Source: Octopus sinensis
Taxonomy: Eukaryota
Assembly: GCF_006345805.1 (NCBI RefSeq)
Contig: NC_042998.1
Location: 127,286,001-127,350,000 of the forward strand
DNA length: 64,000 bases
Direction: 5' to 3'
Shown here: one piece after another, positions 55,470 through 64,000 of the stretch
How positions within the stretch are numbered: position 1 is the first letter of the stretch
How the letters are laid out: each line of letters opens with the position of its first letter
Made by a program: the position numbers and the translations under genes
Notes under the pieces: model-generated
What the model saw: only the letters and a program-made list of their open reading frames with translations
Database searches by the model: none
Told to the model about the DNA's origin: nothing

Positions 55470-55544
55470 TAATCACCAGTTAGTGATGAAAAGCTAGAGA
55501 TTGGTGCGATGACCTCCCCTCGAAAATACTAATCGGACACGGAT

Positions 55545-55550
55545 ACATAT

Positions 55551-55604
<54 letters not shown>

Positions 55605-55666
55605 ATATATATATTTATATCTATATATGTACACACATGCATATATACATATATATATATATATAT

Positions 55667-55713
<47 letters not shown>

Positions 55714-55965
55714 TAGTTATCCTATGTATTATGTACCATAAGAGTGGTAACGTGGTTTCTTTCTCTTCTAATCATCATTAATATTCCCTGTACCTAGTTT
55801 TAAAATTTGTGCAACATCTCGCCTCTTTTGCTATTGCATTATAGTAAAATTCTATTCCAGTTTAACATGTTAAAATTTGAGCGATCGAATCATTTACATA
55901 TATGTTGTTATATTTTCAGAACACACACACACGCACACATATATATATGTATATGTATGTATATG

Positions 55966-56024
<59 letters not shown>

Positions 56025-56032
56025 TATATATA

Positions 56033-56077
<45 letters not shown>

Positions 56078-56354
56078 CACATACGTATATATATATATAT
56101 ATAATATATATATATATACACATACGTATATATACATATATATATATATACACACACACGTATGAATATTAAATGTGTATATATACACATATTAACTCTA
56201 TGTATAAATATATATATAAGCATATATATATATGCATGTATATGTAAGCGTGTGTGCACATAGAGGAACACACACGTGTACGGGCACATACATATATATT
56301 TGTCAATCAGGGTATGTATGCAAGTATACAAATTTAGTATATCCTGTATATATA

Positions 56355-56427
<73 letters not shown>
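55545..56427. repeat. (TA)n-rich compound simple-repeat region
   Basis: Direct reading. Confidence 0.85.
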
Positions 56428-59400
56428 GGTCGCCCACTTTCCAGGCTCCACTTGGAGCAACGCTACATCTTCACCCTACAAACTACCACCCCACACGGAC
56501 TTAACACAGCCCCCTCCTCTTGAGATCGGTTTTTTTTTTTTTTTTTTTTTTTTTGTGGACACACCACCCACACACACCCACCCACCTACCTCCCACACGC
56601 ACACACCCACCCACCTACCTCCCACACCCACCACCCACCTACCTCCCACACCCACCCACCCACCTACCTCCCACACGCCTGTTCACACACACACATACGT
56701 AGACCCATCTACGTACATACATTCACACATTTAATCACACACACTTACAGACATACTAACACACACTAACATACAAACCAACATGCACATACACACACAC
56801 ATACATACATACGCACACACATACATACTTACACACACATACACACACACATACATACGCACATACATACACACACACACACACTCACACACACACACCG
56901 CACGTACATACTTCACACACACATGCAAACATACATGTAGGCACATACATACATACATACCTACACATACACACCCTTACACTGAATGCACACACACATA
57001 CACCTTTTTGCATCCAGGCAGCCCCCCCTCTTTTCTGCTTTCCGGTTTTGGCTGATGGATCCCCGGTTCCCGCGTAGCGGGGCGTTCGAGGGCCTTTGCG
57101 CTCGCGCGCCTTGGCGCGCGCTGGGGGCTTGGTCGGCCCCTTGGGCTTGCGTTGTACTGCTTGTGCGTTGTGTGCGTGGGCGCGCTTCGTGTGTGGGCTT
57201 GCTTCGGATGTGCGCGTGCGTATGTATGCATACATACCCACACACTCGCATGCATCCCTACCCACATACATACACGCACACCTACAACACACACACACAT
57301 ACACCCACATACCTGCACACACACACCACATACATACATACACATACATACCTACTTCAGACATACACAACACAGACATACACCCTACACTCACACTCAC
57401 ACGCATTACACACACACATACACACGCACACGTACACATACACACACACACACACACCTACATACATACATTACACGTGTATACACACACACTTACATTC
57501 ATACACACACACACCTACACAGCCATACCCTCACTCAGACACACACATCTACCTACACACACACACAAACACACACGGACACACACCCATACATACATAC
57601 ATCTACACACACACGCCTACACACATACATACACACATACATAAACACACACACATACACATATACACACATACGCACACACACATACATACATACACCC
57701 ATATACATACACACACACATACCCACATACTCCTATACGCACATACATACACAGAACACACACATACACACTCACACAAACATACACACACACATACTTA
57801 CACACACACTCACCTGCACGCGCACACACATGCATGACAAACACCCATACACTCACACTCACATACGCACACACCAACATAAACACGCACACGCACACGC
57901 ACACACACACTACACTCCCACACATACACACGCACCTACATACACACACGCACGCATACACACGCATACACACATACATTACACACGTACACACCACACC
58001 TACATACACATGCATACACACACACACACAAACATGCACGGACACACCCAGACATACACACATACACCTATATACACACGCCCACACACCTACATACACA
58101 CACATATACACACGCCCACACACCTACATACACACATACATACACATACCGGACACACCCATACATACTTACATACATACACCTATACACACACGCCTAC
58201 ACACCTACATACACACACATGCATACACACACACACACATGTACGCACACACACACACATATACGCACATACATATATACCCACACACATGCACACACAC
58301 ACACATACGCACAATGCATGCATGCATGCACACGCGCACACCTACACGCATACACACACACACACGCACGTACACATACATACATGCACACACGCATACA
58401 TACACCCATACACATACATGCATCCTACACACACATACATACACACTCACACATACATACACACACACTCACTCACACACCTGTATGTACGCGCACACAC
58501 ATGCACATACACACACTTCCCCACACCCACACGTACATACATACACACTCACACACATACACACACACACACACACGGACATACATCTATGCACACACAC
58601 ATACATACACACATACTCACATACATTCATCGGACACACTGCCACCCGGACATACACACAGACACACTCACACATCCCAACACATACATACTTACGCACA
58701 TACTCGCAGGCTCGCGCACGCACGCGCTTGCGCCGGTTCGCGTACGCATACGCTCCGCAGGTACTCGCTCTTGGAACCGACAAGACCTCCCGCCGTTCCT
58801 GGGACCGTCGCGTGTCGTTGGGTTTTCCACGCCCGCCTCCGCGGGACCACTCTTCCATCTTCCCCTCAGCTGGAGTCCTTTTTCCTTAACCCCCCCTTTT
58901 CGTTACACACACGCGCACCATATACACACATGCTTAATTAAATATATACATTACTCTTACACACATTCAATCTACTCGCCATTTATACCACCACGACACT
59001 GGACAACACACACTACTACTCAACACACGCTGCACGCTACATACGCCCCCACCCCTTCCCCTCCTCCTTTCCTCCTTCCTTCTTTTTCTTACTACTGACC
59101 TTTGTCTGCTAAGCTGACCACTATCTCGCCCTACCTCCACGCCTACACACAGACGCACACACTAACACACACATATATATTTTTTTGTTTTTTCATCTCG
59201 CCTCACACACACACATACACACACGCACACACGCACACCTCACACATACACACACATCTGTTGCGTTACCAACCTTGTCTCCACTCTTTTGCCTTAAAAA
59301 AACCACTTTGCTCTGTTTTCGTAAACATCCGCCTTTCACCATGTGCAACTCGTAAACACCAGTCGTCTTTTTCTCTTTCCCTGTTGCCCGCTCTGGGATC

Positions 59401-59555
59401 TTTCTTTCCTCTCTTCCTTTCTTTATGTTTCCGACGAAGAGCTCCGCTCGAACGTCATACCTTCCCTGCTTCCTTTTCCTGAGCGCCTATTAATAATAAT
59501 ACTGTAATTGTTCCATTGTTGTTGTTTTTTTGTTTCCCGTTTGGATTAAAATTAT
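56428..59555 (+). mobile_element. 5'-truncated copy of the 30163-34789 PLE (last GIY-YIG codons plus CA-rich 3' region)
   Basis: Colinear with 31887-34789, including both GC islands and the terminal ccgacgaagagctccgctc; (TA)n on both sides. Confidence 0.9.
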
Positions 59556-59903
59556 CTATATATATATATCGTGTGTGCGTGTGCATGTGTATGTGTGTAT
59601 GTGTATGTATGCATGCACATGTATGTAATAAGTTGTAATTTCGCATTATGATCACTACATAATTCTGAAAATTTGATGGTACATTAATTTTATCGATGTC
59701 AAATATCTCAAGTGGCCCTGTAAAGTGATTTTACTCCTCTCCGTCTTCCGACTTTCATGTTTCAACGTTACGTTGACATTTTTAGTCTAAATCTTACGTA
59801 GAGACTTATCAAGTATTCTAGTATATTTAATTTACTGAATAATTTACTCCATAACATACACACAAAGTAAAAGGTATACGCACACACACACACACACAAT
59901 ATA

Positions 59904-59945
<42 letters not shown>

Positions 59946-60267
59946 CTTATATATACATGTGTGTGTACTTGCGTGTGTATTCATACATACTTATGTATAA
60001 TGTACATAAAACATGCAATTTTACATATAAGTGTGGCTGTGTTAGTGCCTATGTGTATGTGTGCCTTTATATTGTATCATTTCAATAGGAAATATAAGTG
60101 CGTATTCGTGTGCACTGCGTAGGCCTTTACGGGTTTTACTTGGGTAATGGTGGGTTTACATATGTACACATTTCTGTATTTGTGTTCTGCATTCTGAAAT
60201 AACATTTTATTTATTCTGTGGAACGATTTACATACATAATACATACATGCATGCATACATACATACA

Positions 60268-60299
<32 letters not shown>

Positions 60300-62149
60300 C
60301 ATACATACATACATACATACATACATACATACATACGAACGTACATGCATACATACATATTAATACGTGTGCGTGCGTGTGTGAATGCGTTGTTACACAT
60401 TTTATTAAAAAAATCTTTATTTGTTTATGGATGATCATCGTTTCAAATATTAGCTATTTGTATAACTTTTTGCATAGGTTTTTATTTTGCAGAGTTTGTT
60501 AAAATGTCAATATCAAATTCTACTTAGATCATAGTGCAGCGGCAAAATTTGTGTTTATTGCTAACTCAAATAGCGAGCGTCATTCTCTATGGATCACTCA
60601 ATATTATCGTTTTTATAGGTTGTAACTAGCAGGAAGTGATGTAGTCCAATTTAAAGAAATAACAATCTGAAGAAATTTACTATATTATTGAATCATTGCA
60701 TCGTTGTTGTATTTACTTAAGCTGAGGTAAAACCTGATCGAGTAAACATATGATAGATGAATGACAGCCTTGTCTAACTCGCCAGTTTTTAGACGTAGTG
60801 TCTATATCACCTTGTTGGTTTTCATTTTTATAAACGTCGGGCGTGATTTAATCGTAGCTTGACTATGATTTCTAGCAGATCGCATCATCAGGTAGAAAGT
60901 GTCATTGGATCATCTTGTCGTTTATTTCAGACATATTGTAAATTGTGTTGAATGGAGGAAAAGTTTGCCGTTCCATTAGAACTCAAAGCTAACAGAATGG
61001 CAGAAACGGGGGCGTGGTGGCATAGTATTTGTTTGAATATGTAATTCTTAAGTTCAAATCCCACCCAGAGTGGATAAAACTCTTACGTCTTGGTTAGTGG
61101 AGTCTATTTTTTCCTGCCATAACCACATTCATATCTAGAGGTGTTTTGTAGTAATACTAAATTCACATCACTATTTTGTGGACCCTGGAATGATAATAAG
61201 CAGGGACTCAGAATCGTAGGTAAATACTGAAAAGATTTTATCCTACAATCTAACGACTCTACCATCTCATCGCTTAGTTTAGGACATCGTCTGAACGCAC
61301 TTCTTGTAAATTTCTTTGCTTTTCGACCATATTTCATGTATCATTTATATTTATATTGAATGTCTTCAGTATTTTGTCAATAGTTCATACTAATCTACAT
61401 AATAATCTGCTATTTTGACTCGGTAGAAGCCTAAGTTTCTAGGAGTAATGAATGAGTTTTTGCATCTATTCTAATCTAGTGTATTATCTATATATCCTGT
61501 TATCATTCCTTGTGAGATATGTCAAACTCGACGCCATTCAAAGTCAGAAATGCAATATTAGAGTGATTTTCTACACCTCTGAAATGTAATCTTTGAATTT
61601 CGAACAGGAAATGAAAATTGAATAAAATATTGTTAGAAAATAAAAACATACATTCATTGCAATGTTTATTCCTTTCTTAAGAATAATAGCAATATAAGAT
61701 ACTTAAGAAACAGAAACTATACTGGTCCGTATACACAACTTTTCAAAATCTTACCATTTACTCTCGGTTTTTACCATAATGACTCTTATAAACACGAAAA
61801 ACATGATACGAAAATAATGTTTCTTCATGTTTACATGTTTGCTTATTTATGGTCTATTATGGTATATATAATATATTGTGAACAATATACCACTTATGAT
61901 ATATTATTTTCTTTTTGCAAGTATATAGAAAAGTAAAATAATAACATTGAAATAGTATCGGTCTCCTACATAAGCATAAGACCACAAGGTTTTAAAAGGG
62001 GAGTATAGATGACTAAATTTCATTCTGAATTGCATGTATAATTAAATTACTACTTTCATTGAACAATTGTGAAGAGTTATGCATTAAACGATATCGTCAT
62101 CGAAAGAGGGTTCAATCCGATAGATTGCAGTACGTTTGGTCATATTTTC

Positions 62150-62310
62150 AGGAACCTAGTCACTATATATATTTATTTTACCGACTCCCGAATGTGATGA
62201 TAGGCAAGGTCAACCTTGCCGCAACATAAATTCAAAATGGGAAAACGGGCGAAATTCCGCTAAGCATCTTGCCCAGCGTCCAAACGATTCTATCAGCACG
62301 CCGTCTTAAA
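62150..62310 (-). mobile_element. SINE family A, diverged
   Basis: ggcaaggtcaacc...gaaattccgctaagcatcttgcccagcg...gattctatcagcacgccgtc. Confidence 0.55.
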
Positions 62311-62528
62311 CAACGTTATGATATTAAAATAGAAGTTAATATATGCGACAAAAAAGTAAATATGGCACGATAAATCAATAAGTAGTAATAAAAATCATAA
62401 TAAATCATGAATCATTAAATTTGTAAAAATTATAGCCTAGTATGATAGATTCATGTATGTATATATACGCATATATGTATATATATATATATATATATAG
62501 ATACACACAAATATTAGTTATATATATA

Positions 62529-62576
<48 letters not shown>

Positions 62577-63412
62577 TATAATATATATATATATATAATA
62601 TATACACACGAATATTAATTGTACATGTGTGTGTGTGTGCGTGTGAGTACACACAAATATAATTATATATGTTTATACAAATATGCATATATATTTATAA
62701 TATATATGTACGTGTACGTGTGTGACATACATATATCTACACACACATATGTCTGCATATATGTACATATGAAAGTCATATACATAAACACACCCACGTA
62801 TAAACACTTAAAGGGACAGCTCCATATATCTTAAGAACGCAATGCGATGAAAATAAAAAAAGAAAATCACGAAATGTGCATAAGTGTATGTAAAGTGAAG
62901 CATAGACACATGAACCGATATATTAATGAATACACACATATATTCAAATACAAACACTATGTCTGACAATTTTCTATGTAAGTGAAAATAAGACATAAAA
63001 ATTTTAAAATACTTTATATCTAAGAAAATAAATGTGAAGTTAAGGAAGGGGTATGTTTAATTACAATCCAATATAATGAAATGGAAATTTGCAGACAGTT
63101 GGTTTTAATTCAGTAGAGTTTGAGAAAGCTATTTTCTGGTGTTAATTTAGTAATTTGGTATATATTTTCAGATCACTGTCTATTCCCATTGTTCACCAGT
63201 GTGATATTTTGTGGAATAAGACTTCACAGAATGAAGTTTAGGAATCCTCACATAAATATTAATCAGTGGACATACTCGATAGTCTAAGGGATACGTTGGG
63301 GAGGGACTGGTGGTGTTTGAATGCTTATTAATTGCGAATAACACTTCTTTGTGTTTGTATAATGAAGAATATAGATTACGAGCTAGATTAAATATACTGT
63401 TTCATAATTTAA

Positions 63413-63604
63413 CCTTTTAGTATTCAGATTACTCTGTCAAATGTAATACTTATTCACATTATTTAAAACTAATCATGGATTATCATGTAGCTTTATTTTT
63501 AGAATCACGTTGCAGGGCAGTTGAGAGAGGTTGGGCTTGCCCAGTTTGAATATAAAACAAGTATGATATTTGGACCAGATATGGCTAGTTTGAATGTTAA
63601 GGGA
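63413..63604. mobile_element. Possible piggyBac-like MITE
   Basis: TTAA on both sides; imperfect TIRs ccttttagtattca / tgaatgttaaggga. Confidence 0.4.
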
Positions 63605-63810
63605 TTAAATATAGAGGGACTGGTTTCTAAGGTGGCAAGTAATCACTGATACTTAAAAGATGCTAAACTTTTTTATAAAGTCCTCTCGCTGGATTAGAGA
63701 TAACCTTCTCCTAAGAAACATGAGACAGTCGTCTTTGCACCTAGCAAATTTTAAAAATGGAGATTTACTTTTAAGATTGCTTAGTAACAATAAGCTGATA
63801 AGGTGTCTCT

Positions 63811-63937
63811 TTTACTTGTTTCAGTCATTTGACTGCGGGCATGCTGGAGCACCGCCTTTAGTCGAGTAAATCAACCCCAGGACTTATTCTTTGTAAGCCT
63901 AGTACTTATTCTACTGTCTCTTTTGTCAAACCGCTAG
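63811..63937 (-). mobile_element. 3' half of SINE family B
   Basis: gtttcagtcatttgactgcgggcatgctggagcaccgcc...aagcctagtacttattct. Confidence 0.65.
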
Positions 63938-64000
63938 AGGTTCATCATTTATGAATGCCTGGTCAAAATTTCGAAACTTATGAAGCCAATATATGTGAAA

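Larger units (their letters stand above)
50079..55522 (-). mobile_element. Decayed full-length Tx1/L1-clade LINE with 110-bp terminal direct repeats
   Basis: ORF1 from ~54773 with a CAEKGHARSEC knuckle; ORF2 from 53439 (FINVRGLG, SYLDRI, KSPGLDG, FKPITLLN, YVDDVT, CPRCGQDDETVLH) to ~50380; repeats at 50079-50188 and 55381-55490. Confidence 0.85.

Noticed and set aside
60855-60900. Minus-strand CTGATGA...GAAA...GTC
   Set aside because: There is no stem I and stem II needs a bulge.

Overview
AT-rich, microsatellite-dense animal genomic DNA. The SINE and repeat families look like those of Octopus (recognition from memory, not searched). No host protein-coding exon could be supported, and the long His/Thr, Ile, Leu and Tyr ORFs are simple-repeat translations. 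The window is a stack of retroelements inserted into microsatellites: Dong/R4-type RLE LINEs in (TAA)n, several Penelope-like elements (PLEs), two Tx1/L1-clade LINEs, tRNA-derived SINEs and DNA-transposon relics. The main result is an unannotated ribozyme layer. (1) A 6.2-copy tandem array of a ~490-bp unit (39736-42779) lies between (TA)n tracts, and each full unit carries a type I hammerhead fold (core intact in 5 of 6), as expected for a circRNA-forming non-LTR retrozyme. (2) A decayed Tx1 LINE is bracketed by 110-bp direct repeats that each contain a hammerhead fold. (3) A tRNA-headed SINE ends in a hammerhead. (4) Several further hammerhead families occur, one with a compensatory G3-C8 core swap. 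All folds were read by eye; none has been computed or tested for cleavage.
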